Shown here: one piece after another, positions 32,877 through 46,134 of the stretch
Layout of the letters: each line of letters begins with the position of its first letter
How positions within the stretch are numbered: the first letter of the stretch is position 1
NCBI GenBank assembly: GCA_905178155.1
Contig: CAJINV010000004.1
Span: 10,647,655-10,711,654, forward strand
Direction of reading: 5' to 3'
Source of the DNA: Amoebophrya sp. A120
Taxonomy: Eukaryota > Protista > Dinoflagellata
DNA: 64,000 nucleotides
Program-made: the position numbers and the translations under genes
The notes under the pieces: generated by a model
Seen by the model: the letters and a program-made list of their open reading frames with translations, nothing else
Databases searched by the model: none
What the model was told of the DNA's origin: nothing

Positions 32877-35863
32877 ATGTTCAAGCGAGTGTTGGCAACG
32901 CAGGGCCTGGGCGCCGCGCACGACGACTCCGACTCGGAGGACATGACGGTGCGGCAAAAAACCCGCATGTACAACAAGTTCATTCCCGGCGCCGCACGGG
33001 GTCAGTCGTGTCAAGAAGATGATGATATTGTTAAGGCTTACAGAAATTAGTTCCTACCCTTGTTCCCGAAAGCTTAGGTTTGAAAAAAATGGAAACAAAC
33101 CGCGAGGGGGGTTTAGCTTGCACACTCTCGCAGTCGCTTGGAATGGCCGAAGGCCATGAACCCTGTGGCTGGGAAGCAGCCAGCGTGCGAGCTTGGGGGA
33201 GAATGGGCAGCCGTCTTCGGCGGGGCTGCCGCATTAGTATTTGATGTGGCGAAAACCCTTGGGAACAAATTGCTGGAAGTCACCTGCGTAAGATTTGTGG
33301 TCCGATCGGCAATACCTATTGGAGCACAAACCCTACGCAGGTGAGTTACGGATATTAGCTCTCAGGATTTCCGCCGCATCACGAAATTCTTGACGCAGCG
33401 AAGATCCTGGGAAATAATTTCTGTAAGCTACCTGCGTAAGATTTGTCTTCTCACTGGTAATACCGATCTGGGCACAAATCTTATGCAGGTGACTTACAGA
33501 AATTACTTCCCAGGATTTGCGTGCTGCGTCTCCAATCGCCTCACTTGGAAACGAGGATCATCAGTGTGTCCGAGTGTGGCGACTGGAAACGCAGTACGCA
33601 AATCCCAGGAGTGCATTTCTTTGAGGCACGAAAGCCGAAGCTGTAGGCGCGCGAGTTCTGCTGTGCTCTTAGGTAAGAAAGCTCGCGCAGCAGCTTTCCC
33701 CTCCTGGCCTTCTAGAAGCGTGCGTCTGAACACATGCACAGAAAGATCTACTTTTTCTTCTAGGAAGAAAACGCAAACTCTTCTAGAAGAAGAAGCGCCT
33801 TCTTCTAGAAGCTGCGTTTTCTAGAAGAAAGCAAAGCTGTGTCTTCTACAGGAAGACCAGCCTTCTAGAAGAAGACAAAACTTCGCGTCTTCTTCTAGAA
33901 GAGGACGCAGCTTCTTCTAGAAGAAGAAGCTGCCTTTTCTTCTAGGAACTCAGTTTCTAGAAGAAAACTTCTTCTTGTCCAAATGAGATGACTGCAGAAA
34001 AAACACGGAAATCCTGGGAACTCATTTCTGTAAGTCCGTTGCGTAGGGTTTGCACTCAGGTGGGGATTACCGATCGAAATACAGATCCTACGCAACCTAC
34101 TTACAGAAATGAGTTCCCAGGATCCCACATCCGAGAATTCTCGGATGTAAGTTCACATCCGAGAAATTTTCGAACGTGGACGGACATTCGAGAATTCCTC
34201 GGATTGCAGCTCACATCCGAGAACTTAGCGGATGTGAGCCGCAAGAGAACTTTCGCGCGCAAAGTGCCGAACTTTGGCGCCCTGCTCGTGAAAGTTCGAT
34301 CCGCGTGTCCAAATGGGGTGATTGCAGAAAAAACACGGAAATCCTGGGAACTAATTTCTGTAAGTTCATTCCCGGCGCCGCACGGGGCCAGTCGTGTCAA
34401 GAAGATGATAATAATGTTCTCAGCAAGGGCGAGGGCCAACATTCTCTTGATGTGGAAGATGAGCCAGTACATGTGATGAACAAGCGTGGAAACTACAGAG
34501 GTGATGAACAATCCAGTAGCTTTTGCTCCGAGGAGGAAGAGACCGACTCCGTGGACGAGGGGGATGATGTTGAAGAGCCTACTGGTGCGGCGGCGTTAAA
34601 GATGAAAATAAAGCTGCCCTCTGAAGAAGGTGAAGCCGCACCAGACGACGGTGGCCGAAAGGTTGTACCAAAGACCTCCACTGCGCGCTGTACTACCCGG
34701 CCTTCCATCGACAGTGACGACGACAGTGATTTTGACGACACGCCCGCGTGGCCCGCGGCGTGCGAGGTGGAGCGCAGCGCGAAGCCGCTGACCAGCAAGT
34801 TCCGGTGCGAGCTCTGCCCGGATAAGATTTTGAAGTCGCAAGCGGAGCTGGACGGGCACTTGCGGTCGAAAAAGCACCGGAAAGTGGTGGAGGAACTGGA
34901 GCGGGCGGCGAAGATGGGCTTCGCCAAGTATGAACAGGAACTACTGAAGAAGCAAGCGGCGGAGCAAAATTCAAATCACCTCCAAGGTGGTCGTGGGTCT
35001 GCGACGCGAAAGAATGCGACCGGAGATGAGGACAAGTCGCTCTTATCAAATGTAAAAATGTGTGGGTCTGGAAACTTGTGATGCTGTGTGGCGTATCATG
35101 AAGAGGCCACAATTGCTGGCTCAGCATGACAAGTTTCTGAGTGTCTAGGTGTTGCCTATTCTGCATGACAAACTGCGTTTCTGCATCACAGAAAAGTAGC
35201 GCTCTTGGGTAACGTGCACGACAGATTTAAGAGTCATGCCAGACAAGCATGACAAACATGCATTCTTCCAGACCCAGACATTTTTACAGTTGATAGCTTT
35301 GGTCCGAGGCGAAAAAGAAGCGGGAGGCGAAAAAGGAGAAGTATCTGGCGAAAAAGAGAGAGCAGAAGCGGAAGGGCCGCGCCGCGGCGGCGGTTTTGAA
35401 GGGCGGAGTCAAGAAGGACGATGGTCGTGAGAAGCAAGAGAATGTTGGGAAGAAAAAAGGTAACAAGAAAGGTCCGCCTGCGGAGAAAAAGAAGGAAGAT
35501 CAAGTTGACACTACAGCCACTTCTGCGGCGTTAATACGAGGCGAAAAAGGCAGTACAAAGGTGGACAAAAAGCAACATCCAAAAGGGAAAGCAGGTTCGG
35601 GAAGCAAATCGAATGGCGACGATACCAATATCCTTGCGACATCTACGGCATCTGCCGTTGTAGTAGAAGCGGAGCAAAAGGAGAAAAAAACATCATTGTC
35701 GGTGGCAGGGCGAAAGAAAAAGCCTGCTGCGAAGGTGAAAGCAGTAGAAGACGGCTCTGCGAAAATCGAAAACGGTGCGAAGACGGTGAAGAGCCGCGGG
35801 ACCAATGTGGTCGAGAAAAAAGTCGTGAAGAAGGTCGTCGGAAAGAAAAAGAAGCAAAAGTAA
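32877..35863 (+). CDS. C2H2 (U1/matrin/JAZ-type) zinc-finger protein with Lys-rich tail
   Basis: MFKRVLATQGLG... then exon 34365-35043 with FRCELCPDKILKSQAELDGHLRSKKH, then exon 35301-35863. Interrupted by a 1.33-kb cassette array and one introner. Confidence 0.7.
33037..34364. mobile_element. Composite TIR-cassette array with ~64-bp flanking duplication
   Basis: Perfect 18-bp outer IR CTTACAGAAATTAGTTCC/GGAACTAATTTCTGTAAG; three internal 65-bp linkers; exon sequence 32979-33036 repeated at 34365-34428. Confidence 0.85.
35044..35295. mobile_element. Introner, family A
   Basis: TIR present; flanks GCTCT/GCTTT; the join gives KSL|WSEAKK; near-identical to 49115-49373. Confidence 0.9.
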
Positions 35864-36543
35864 ATAACTCGAACCTGCTGAGTTTGTCCTATGCTTTCAT
35901 CTTGCAACGCCAATCGCGAAAGAAATCGCTCACGCGATATCTTGAATCCACCTGAGGACGCTCTATGGATTGTGGAGCGAAGGCGCAGGTAGTGCTGCAT
36001 GGCGTAGCTATCCGAACGAAAAAAATATGCAACGTGGTGTCTTTCACTTTCAAGTGCTTTTTATCGCTGGAAAAAAGATAAAGAAGTAGAAGCAGCGGCG
36101 ACTGCTCCACATGGTTGTGGCAATGTCCATATGGAAATGTTCAAGGTCGTACTTTCACGAAGAGGAGGCTGAGTTCTGGTTCTCCTCTGCCTCTGTGTGT
36201 GCGTCATCCGTAAGTGAACAAGATCAGATAGCGGGTTTCCGTTTCGAAAGAGGTCATGTTTTGTTTCATCTGAAATGTTGTGGAGGTAGTTGTACTCTTG
36301 GCGATCTGATCTCCACTCGCATTCGGTGGAGGAGCAGCAGGAGATAAAAGCTAAGCCAGCAGTTTTGCTTTTGGGACGAGGTGCGCGGTTACTTAACAAA
36401 TATTTCGTGCGACTGAGAAAGGGTAGAGAATCATTTTTGACGTTTTTGCCAATTAAGATTAAGTAAGCATATGTGCTGTAGGACTGAGAAATACTTTAAA
36501 TCTTTTTTTACATGCTAGCAACTAGACTGGAACGAGAAAAAAC

Positions 36544-37326
36544 ATGCCTCAAGCTGCTTATCTAGGACATCTCTTGTCCTTGTTGGTTCACCTTTCGTCG
36601 TGTTTTTTTGGTCCCTTGTTGCTCTACTTCCCGATTGTTCCACCAGCCAACGGCTTAGATCTGCTTGCGCGGGGACCCCCTCCGCGACCGGCCGGAGCCC
36701 CCCCGACGCCCCGCGCCCATGGTCGAAGCGTGAGTCCCGGCATGAGGAGCGTAGCAACTACGGCAACCTCTTTGTCACCCTCCCGGCGCCAGCTCAGTGG
36801 TCTCCTGACAGGTACACCGCGCGCGGGTGGGCAGCCTTTGCTCCATCCCGCGATTGCGTCACCGGGTCACTTGGCAGGTCCACGCTCGTTCGTTCGGGCG
36901 CAAGATAGTAGCAGTACCCCAGGTGGCGCAACAAGTGGCTTTGGTTTAGTTGGTCCCCTCGTCGGCGGGGGCACGTCAACGCCAAGGTCCGGACTGATCG
37001 GAACGAGAAGTACCAACGGAACAATTCTGACCCCCGTCTCGCATTATGGCGGAGGTTTGTCTCGACTCGCTCAACCTTCGTTGTCAACAACGCCCCGAGC
37101 TGCTCCTGCAGGCGGCGCGACGGGGTACTACAGCGGGGACGACCAGGTCGTGCCGTACGGCTACGGGGACCCGGTGATCTGGGGCTTCACGCACTCCGGC
37201 ATCGTGGTCGGAAAGCCCGTGCTGGATCGCAACAATCGGGTGGCGCTGCACGTGCGCTACTCGGACCCCGTGATGGGGGACTCGCACTTGGGGCTCGTCC
37301 CTGTGGCGGACTTGCGGAGGGCGTGA
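36544..37326 (+). CDS. Hypothetical protein with hydrophobic N-terminus and G/S/T/P-rich body
   Basis: 260-aa intronless ORF; GC-rich, ordered-looking C-terminal segment (DPVIWGFTHSGIVVG...). Confidence 0.6.
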   Translation: MPQAAYLGHLLSLLVHLSSCFFGPLLLYFPIVPPANGLDLLARGPPPRPAGAPPTPRAHGRSVSPGMRSVATTATSLSPSRRQLSGLLTGTPRAGGQPLLHPAIASPGHLAGPRSFVRAQDSSSTPGGATSGFGLVGPLVGGGTSTPRSGLIGTRSTNGTILTPVSHYGGGLSRLAQPSLSTTPRAAPAGGATGYYSGDDQVVPYGYGDPVIWGFTHSGIVVGKPVLDRNNRVALHVRYSDPVMGDSHLGLVPVADLRRA

Positions 37327-38351
37327 CGGGGCGGGACTTCTACGAAATATACGAGGTCGTTTTTCAAAGTATTGGTAGTTCACTACAGTACGCTAAAAGT
37401 AGTATTTGAGCAGCAGTTTTTATTTTGTTGGTTTCAGTACGTAAATACGGCATGTTCCCTGGCATGAAACTCTACCGGTGTAACTCGTGCTGGCACACGA
37501 GTCTCTGTCCTCTCTTCGTGTCTAGTTTCTATTTTCACCAGCACGATCTCGACCACAGATCGCTGTTTCTGTGGTCGGTTACACTTCAAATACAAATGCA
37601 TGCAGCGTCCAGATGTTATACTAGTACTACTTTGAATTCTACTTGGAGCTCCCATTCCATTAGGCCTGCCGATGTGCTGTTGTCTGCGAAATGCAAAACA
37701 GAAGGTTATTGCTTCGTGCAAAGAGATGATTTATAGTAGAGTTGTGAACCATAAAGAAGTTCAAGTTTCAACGGCAGTAGGATTGAGTTACAGATAGAGA
37801 TGTTGCACTGAGCTCATAGCAACTGCACCACGCGAATGAGGATCAGAAATGCAAAACTTGGCAGAGTAGAAACTGTCAACAAGCCATCGCAGGAAAAGGA
37901 TCAAATAAGCAAAAAATTATGAAATCGATCCCCCGCCTCAAAAATCGATCACAGCGCGCTGAATCCAGAATGAGTTGATGCCCGGACTGTAATCCTTGGC
38001 TTTGCCAAAAGAGAGAAAGCGCGTTCCAGAATTAAGTATTGCAGCAGTTGTAACTACGAGCAGGCGTGATCTGCCATCATGCTCTTTTTCCTCACCAGTC
38101 TTGAAAAGCCTCATTAAAATCCTCAGGACAGAAAAGGCAAGCTCAACATTTTCCGGAGTTGCAGACAGATGAGTGGCGTTCTGTAGTGGCGTAACTAATA
38201 AGACATAAGTACTAGAGGACCGGAACCTGCTAGTAAGTTAGTACTTACGTACCGACTGACGTAAGTTGTATTAAGCTGTAATTTGCTTGAATCGCGACCT
38301 AGACTTAGATACGTTTTCGGCATACCTGTCTCACAGGAAAAAAAAGCGAAA

Positions 38352-38849
38352 ATGATCATTCCAATCCGGTGTTACACCTGCGGCAAGGTGACGGGAAACC
38401 TGTGGGAGAAGTACCTGCAGCACCTGCAAGAGGGTCTTTCAGAGAAAGATGCCCTGGACGCCTGCGGATGCAACCGCTACTGCTGCAGACGTACTTTACC
38501 GAATTATGTTGAAAAACGCATTTAATGTTGCTATTTCCCTGCATGTAGAAATCGGTGGGCACGACCACAGTTGGGCTTCATGTTGAATATCAATATGCCT
38601 TTATTTCCAAGGAGATGAACGACTGGAGTGGTTAAACAAAATCAACGACCATGATAATTTGCAATGCACAGCACTATGTTTATATAGTTTTGGATATCTT
38701 CGCCATGATGGTGATGTTTTCATTGGACCAAAAAAAATGCACACACAACAACAGGTATCCTGCTGACGCACGTAGATCTGATCGAAAAGCTGCTGAACTA
38801 CAACATTCACGAGGTGCGCGGCGAGCAGCAACAAATTCCCAATCAGTGA
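38352..38849 (+). CDS. RPB10: RNA polymerase I/II/III shared subunit RPB10 (RPABC5)
   Basis: [13 protein letters not shown]...[22 protein letters not shown]; GT-AG intron at 38491-38754. Confidence 0.97.
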
Positions 38850-41744
38850 AGACAAAACGCCTCTGGAGCAGGCGTCCAAGAGAAACACTGGCAGGAGCGC
38901 CGAGGGGACACGACCAGGTCGTGCAAAATATTTGTGGAGATCCTCCCGACCACGCAGAAGCACGACCTGTACTGTCTGGTCGGGGGCATGGTCGTTGGAA
39001 CTACGTAACAAGAAGATGTTCTGTAGTAATCCAGATCCATGACCAGGACGAGCACAAATGCCTCGCCGACTGTATCAGAGCTGCCAAGTTGTAGAAAAAA
39101 AACAACCTCCACACACTATGCACATTTAACGACACGCGCACGACGGGGAACATCGAATAAAAACGCGGAATTTTTTCTTTCCGTGCACGACGACCGGATT
39201 TTTTGAAAGAGACGGAGCTCTTGGTCAAGAAACAGCACATGAGGGATAGTTTTCCTGAGACTCTGACGTTTTACTTGGCGCTTCCATGATGTTGGAAAGT
39301 GCTTTGATTTCCACTGCGCCGCAGCACATAAAAACATGAAGTGATGAAAAAAACAAAAGCATGGTGGTTCTCAGACGGTAGCAGCTTGCCAGTGTTGAGG
39401 CAAGATGGGAACAAAAAGGGAGGAATTTATTAATCCTATGTGGTGTTCCGCTTTTTTCTAAACGTGAACTACTGTAGTTGCAGTAGAATCCACCCGGCTT
39501 GTGTCGTGACTGCTGGTAAAGGTAAAACAAAGAAAAGATCGTAGCTGTTGCGTCTTGATGTGAATTTTGTGACCGCTGTGCGCCTGGTGACACGTATCAA
39601 TCACAATCTCTTTTGACATTTCTACGCGAGGAACTTCGTGTGCAAAAAGTAGAAAAAACGGACCGTAGTAAACGCAAAGACTCACAAGGATCCAATGCTG
39701 TTAATTTTGAACTATGTTTGATTGTAGTGTAGGACGAGGACTACGAAAAATGCCGACGACAGTGGTGCAGTCAGGGCATCAATGAATCTGTTGGCGTATT
39801 TATGAAAGAAACCGAACTGAAGAAATAAACTCAGGCTCAGCTGGCTGTAAACCTGTTTCGATTTGCATTTTCGTTTTCTAGCTCGATAATCTCACACTCA
39901 CTGCATCACGAACAACTCTCCGCGTGCGCTATTCCGTGCTAGCATCACGGCCAGACATGCACATGCTGCGGGGAAAAGATCGAAATGCTTTGAGGAAAAA
40001 CGAAACCAGGCACGATATGCTCTCAATCTGAACGACACTCTGATGACAGCTCTGCCACTCTGTTCTTTTCTTTGCGTGTATTCACTACGTTTGCTGCATA
40101 TACACTCTTGATAACGGAAGATTAGGAGAAAACGGAATAAACCGGATGTGTCGAGTACCGTAGTCCGCGCTGTAACGTAGTGGTCTTGGTGACAGCACCT
40201 CCGTGATTATTACCTATGTAAAAAAGGTTGAGGTTCTGATATCTTCTTCACGCCAAAAATAATGTCATTGTCACTACGTCACGGACAGGGAGTCGGCGCC
40301 GCGTCTCGCACATCTTCCCCAGGGCATCGGCGTTGCCACGCGAGCTTACCGCAGCGCAGCCCTAGCGCCAGCTCTGGTCAGGTGCTGGCAGTAACATGTT
40401 GAACCATGTTTCTTTCCGGTGATCCGCGTCTACTTGAGAAGTCGGTCCAGAGACGAGGACGCCGCGGAGGCGCTGGCTAGCCCAGAAGGTTCGTCTTGTT
40501 GTCCTCTGCTAGCGGCAAGAACTGAGCAGTACCTCGGCCAGATCATCAGCAAGGCAGGGTCACCGAAAGTACAGAAGCAAAAACCACGGCCATGTACAAC
40601 AATTTCACTGCGTTTGCGCACGACAATTTGTTCGTGGTCGGACAGGACAAGAAGGACAAGAAACACAATATCGCTCGTCCTGGTGTTACAATCTCAACTG
40701 TTACAATTTCATTTTTTCAACTGTTACAATCTCAACTGTTACAATTTCATTGTGGAAAATCTGCTTTTAACCGCCCATTCTGCAGCAAGACAAAACGAAG
40801 ATTTTCATTGTAACAGTCGGGGTGTACTAGCACCTGAGCGCACTATACACAAGACCATCTGTTTATCGAGGAAAAAAATCATGTGAGTGTAACTTTTTTG
40901 GGCTGATGGCATGACTTGACAGATCTCTTCTACATGACAGAGAAAACCAGTAATGCGTGGCTAGTACGTGACAACGTATGACGTGAATAGAGGCTCTTTT
41001 CGAGGGTGTTTGGCATGGTAAGCGATAGTTGTTTTAAGTACATAGTTCTGCATCACAGACCTACACCCACACAGCTTTTTTCTTGCATACGGCTGCTGGA
41101 ACGTGCCGGAGAAACCGTTCCGCGAGTACCTCACCAAGAAAAGCGAGTTATCCATCTGAAAAACCTACTCACCCCACGTTTGTCATGCACTTTTGCATTC
41201 CATTTCCAGGCGGATGTCTCATGCGGCATTGTTTTTGTCGTGCGGAGGCCGCAAAGGTTCTGGATTTGTCTACCAGATTCCCAACCTATACTTAACATGG
41301 GGTGACGAGTACTACGTTTTTCCTGAGGATGCGAGTACGGGGGCGGCAGCAACATTTACTGCAAGGGGTTCTGCGTGACCGGCCCGAAATGGTTCCCCTT
41401 CCTGCGAACCTTCTCCCTGTCCGCGCTCCCGCTCGCCTTCTACCTCTACTTTCTTGTCCCCAGTTACCTGCTCGCAGATGACCGTTACCTTCCCGATGAG
41501 GGTCCCACTTCCCCGGTCTACGTAGCAAAGTGAAAAATAATGTTGATGATGTTGTTCTCCCCACAGTAGTGTGGAAGTGCGTGTCGTTGCAGGATTAGTT
41601 TTTTCGCATGAGTTGGCTTGTTCTGATAACGTTGTATCAATGTGAATTTGAGGACGTTGACATCGGAATGCAGACAAGAAGGCTGACAAGCGAACAATAC
41701 TGCAACGCGTTCTTCTTCTACGTCAATCGGTTTGTTCACTTTGA

Positions 41745-44700
41745 TACCCCGGGGTGGGACCCCTCAGTCCCTGGTACGCCTGCTGCGGCGTCGACGCCCA
41801 GCTCTGGAGTGAAGGGCCCCCCGCGGGGCGGCCGCCGGGTCACCCCGAGAGTACCGTCGGGAGCAACATTGGGGCTGCAGAAGGCGCAGAACCACCCCGG
41901 GCGGCGGAAGTCATAAATCTCCTGGCGAGCAGTGGAGGACGACCTGGGCCGACTGCGACGGAAGGACCTACTTTTGTCGCAGCTCCTGCCGCAGGAGTAC
42001 CAGCATCGTCTTCGTCCGCCGGGGCCTCGGTGGACCAGAGTGTTTTTAGCCCCGGCAGCAGCACGAGAACATCTTCACGCAGCGCACGGATAGCAGAAGG
42101 GCCCGTTCTATCCTCAGGAAAAACGTCCCCACACCAGAGTCAAGATGGGAAATCTGCTAGACAAATCAGCCAGCTTTCGCTGTTTCGCATGACAGGTTTA
42201 CTCTCATAGTGTAGTCCTGTCTCGCTAGTTCAGCAGCGTCACAGATCTAGCATATCATGCTGATTCTAGCATCACAAACTCCAAAACACAAATAGAAAAT
42301 GCTTCTCTCATGGGGCGCCGCATGGGAAACTTTTTTGGCATGCAGATTTGCATGACAACTCTGGGAGGGGGACGTTTTTCCGCAGGATGCGTTCGTGTTG
42401 AAGATCGCGTCGAGAATGGAGGTGATGACCCATTGCCTATCAAATGTAAAAATATCTGGGTCTGGAAAAATGCAACCTGTCATGCTAAATCTGAAGCGTG
42501 CAAAAATCTGTGTTGCATGATTACCAAAAGTCGTCCAGTTTTGACCAAGTCGGGAGGGAGTTTCTCATGCAGGATAGGCATGAGAGAGAGCGCACAGAAT
42601 CTGTCATGCCGGGTCCTGCATGCCAGGCCTCATGGGTCATGGAAAACCTGCATCACAAATGTTGCATTCTTCCAGACCCAGACACTTTTGCATTTGATAT
42701 TGCCAGCACGGCCAGAACAGGAGTACACCGCGCTATCTATCCCCGAGAAAAAAGCAGACAGGGCATACTTGCAATGCAATGAGAAATTATGATTAACAGC
42801 AAAATGAAAATCTGTCATGGGCGACCCCGTCACTCCCCATAGCATCGTGTTTAAGACATGCCATACAGATTTTTTCGTCTATTCATTTTTGCATATTATA
42901 CAAATATGCCCTGCCGGTCTTTTTCTGTGGGATACTATCATCTGCTGGAATTGCGGGTGAGGAATCTACTTCGGTTGGCACGACCTCGACGAAGTCGTCC
43001 GATTCGCGAAAGCTGGAGCCGAACGATGAAAACGAAAAACAAGACACGGCTGCTCAAGACGGTGATCGTCAAGATTCGTCAAGAGATGAACGGCAAAGCC
43101 GCAGGAGAGACGAGCAGGACATAGAAATCGCTCAGGTGTTGCAATGTCGACCGTAGTTGTACTCCGTAGTTTTCAGAGACTACATCAAGGTCATGATCTC
43201 GACTGTAGAAGTAACCCCACAGGTAATGTTAAGATACGCATGACAAGTTCATCTTTTGAGATTCTTAAACTGGACATGGATCTTCAAGGGAAACTTGTGT
43301 TAAGTTTGTGAAAGCGGCAGGGGGGGAGATTTGGATATTCCTCATACTTTTCACGCAAAACAAAAGACTCCGGCCCTCATAATTGCAGCATGCTATTGCA
43401 GCACCTGAGCGGGCTATATGACGCATCTTTTTCAAGCCAGAGGTCCGCCTTTTCGTCATCGGGGGCGGAATTGCAAGACGTAGAACGACAGCGGGTTGTG
43501 ACGCCGCAGTCAGAGCAAGCACTGGAACCGCTGCCGCAGCCGAATCATATGCCAGGAAAAATATGTAGTTTCAGTCTCAACGAATAACCTTTGCAGAGGA
43601 CTCAGCAACACAAATACGGTCAGCACGGAACACAGAATCTGTCATGCGTGAGACACAAGGGACGGATAGGGAAAGCATGTAATATGTAGTGAGGTCACCG
43701 AACGGTTCTAACCGGGGAGTTTTTTTGACAGCTCCCGTGAAAAACGACCGGCAGTTTTCAAGCGGCCGGAAGGCTTTTTTGACATAAAAAATTTTCAATT
43801 ATCAAGCGGCCGGGGCTTTGTTGTCAAACAAGCCCGGTCGAAAGCTATCGATTCGCACTGGATAAAACGACGCAGGGGAGCCGGCAAAAGGGGCGCCCTT
43901 CTGAGGCGCCCGCCGCCTTAGTTTCTGGCGATTTGGGGCGCCCAAAAAGGGGCGCGCAAAAAACGCGCCCAAAATCAGAACAGCGAAACAGCATGGCACG
44001 GCCGCGATTTCGGAGCATTTTGGGCGGCCGCGAAAGCGGCCGCCTTTTCGCCGTTTTCAGAGCCTGGGAAGCTTTGCAAAACGCGCTGGCGAGAAATATA
44101 AAAACGAAAAAAAGAAAAAGCGCGCCAGACGCGCAAAGCCAATCCGCATGCTATGGGCCCGATTTTTCGTCGCTTTTTGGGCGCCCCCCGTGGCGCCCGG
44201 ATCGGCCTCATAGCATGGGGGCTGGCTTTCGGAAAGGAATTTCGGAAATTTGCCAAAATTTGCGACGCTTATCAGGCGGCCGCCATACCGTGGGGCCTAA
44301 CGTTACTCACGGCGGTACGGCGGGCCCAGAAAAATCAAAGCCGCGACCAAGGCGGCGACCGGCAAGAAAACGCCCACGACCTCACTACCTCCGCCCCGGC
44401 GGCTATATTTGGTACAGAAGGCGCGTCCTCTCTCACCCGGCGAGCATGGCAGTATCGTGTTGAGACTGCGTACACAGTTTTTTTTTGCGACACATGAAGC
44501 ACCGTTTTCCACATCTGCAGTGGGAGAGACAAGGGCGTATCCAGTGTTATAAAAACTGTGTTGGTGTAGGTCTCTTGGGCTACTGAACACCATCAGTCAC
44601 AAATTCGCTCTGCATAAAAAGAAAAAAGACGCGTCATGCACAGGTAGTACAGCGGATTTAATTTTCCGTGAGAAGACGCTATCAAGGTTGTAGTATTCCC

Positions 44701-45850
44701 TCCACCGTAGCTGTACAAGTACATATTTTCTGCATCTCAGACTTGATGCACCAATGTAGGTGTTATTTTCTTCTTCGATAGGGGGCTAAGCAGGCTAACA
44801 GACAGGGCAGAGAGGACCGCGGCGCCCGCAGAGGTTGAGCACACCCTGCCACGCACCACAGCTGTAGTAGCCGCCTCGGGTGCAGCCCAGCAGCGACCAC
44901 CTGCGCAATTTACAGTGGGAGGAGCCGACCGAGCCACAGACGATGCTGTTGGACCGGAGATGACAAGAACGTTAACGACGGCCAGTCCGACAGTCCAGTC
45001 CGACAGTCGGAGAGCATCTCGTGTGACAGATGTTGTCCTTCCAAGCGGAGCTGAATTACGAACTGAGACCGACGTATGCGAGTGCACAGCTCCTCTCTTC
45101 GTTCTCATTTACTCCCATCATGCAAGAAATCATAAACACCGATGCGATTGCTCCACCCCTTGCATGATTTTGCCAGTCTTGTTTCACGCATGAAAATTTC
45201 ATCTCGGATCCCAAGCAGCACCACAATCTCACTCTGCGTGCAGACGTGTCGTGCGAGGGAAGCTCGTGCTGTCCTTTTGCTGGTGTTGCTGTAGAAGATC
45301 ATGCCACGCAAATGGGGGGGAGGGGGGGCTGTGCACTCTCAAACAACATCAAGAGCGGCAGCCAGAGCAGTTGGCTGCTGTATCTGCTTATGGATTGCAA
45401 TTTAGTGTCTGGGACTGAGTCTAAAAGGTTGCGACTTGTGGTGCTGCATTTGAATTCGATACAGATCATCTGTATTGCAACCTCACGGGTCATCCAAAAT
45501 ATGCTTGTGAATGATAGGCAAACGTTGCATTATTTTTCCAGACCAAGACATATTTTCATTCGCACTGGATACCGCTCGACAGCCTGTTGAAAACGGCGTT
45601 TGACGACGAGAAGCACCAGCAGACGTCCTTGCAAAGTCGAAAAATGGGCGAGAAAGTAACATCTTCAGGTGTAAGGATAGAAGGCTCAGCGCTCCTCGCT
45701 ACAACGGGGTCGACCTCCAAGACAGGTCGTGGCAGAACATCGACGTCTTCCGGAACGACCATAGCCGAAGATTCTGATTCCTCGTCGGAGTCGCTGCTAG
45801 CCGAGATATCATGGTGGACAACCCCCCCCTCTCCCCCTCGTCTCCCTCAT
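41745..45850 (+). CDS. Low-complexity coding exons, probably the long N-terminal region of the DHHC gene (true start may lie near 39750-40600)
   Basis: One frame runs from ~41750 to ~43135 after removing three introners; further exons at ~43440-43545, ~44790-45073 and ~45220-45790. Confidence 0.5.
42109..42389. mobile_element. Introner, family C (TATCCT.AG.AAAAACGT.CCCACACCAGAGT TIR)
   Basis: TSD CGTTC; frame restored; interior similar to 51388-51667. Confidence 0.9.
42438..42699. mobile_element. Introner, family A
   Basis: TSD TTGCC; near-identical to 6596-6864. Confidence 0.95.
42738..42934. mobile_element. Introner, family D
   Basis: TATCCCCGAGAAAAAAGCAGACAGGGCATA...TATGCCCTGCCGGTCTTTTTCTGTGGGATA; TSD CTATC; frame restored. 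Confidence 0.9.
43683..44414 (+). mobile_element. Non-autonomous Helentron/Helitron2-like repeat, copy 1, nested in an older introner (~43548-44736)
   Basis: 5' GTAGTGAGGTC pairs with subterminal GACCTCACTAC (44378-44388), followed by hairpin CCGCCCCGGCGG; homologous to 51722-52536. Confidence 0.65.
45389..45571. mobile_element. Degenerate introner
   Basis: Family-A-like ends; flanks CTGCT/CCGCT. Confidence 0.6.
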
Positions 45851-46134
45851 TTATTTATAATAGGGCATGATGTCTACGTCTAGCAACACAAACAAGCTAC
45901 TAACACAAACAACCGGCAAAGTGCATTTTTTGCATGGCAAAGTCACCTCCGCGCGCGAACTATAGAGAGTGCAGTTTGCGATTGCGCTTCCAGAACTTCT
46001 CATGCAAATTAATTGAGCAAACTTATTACATACATGCACTTAGACAGACTCAGACAGGAAGATTCGGCATGTTGCAGAGCAAGAAACATGTGGGGGAGTG
46101 GGAGTTGTGCCCTTGCACACAAGAAGCCGCCCTC

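Noticed and set aside
33037-34364. CRISPR-like repeat/spacer appearance
   Set aside because: Eukaryotic context, no cas genes, and units of 83-542 bp with diverged ~110-bp palindromes do not fit a CRISPR array.
40684-40751. Short tandem duplication TGTTACAATCTCAACTGTTACAATTTCATT (similar small repeat at ~3804-3860)
   Set aside because: Simple slippage repeats with no further structure.
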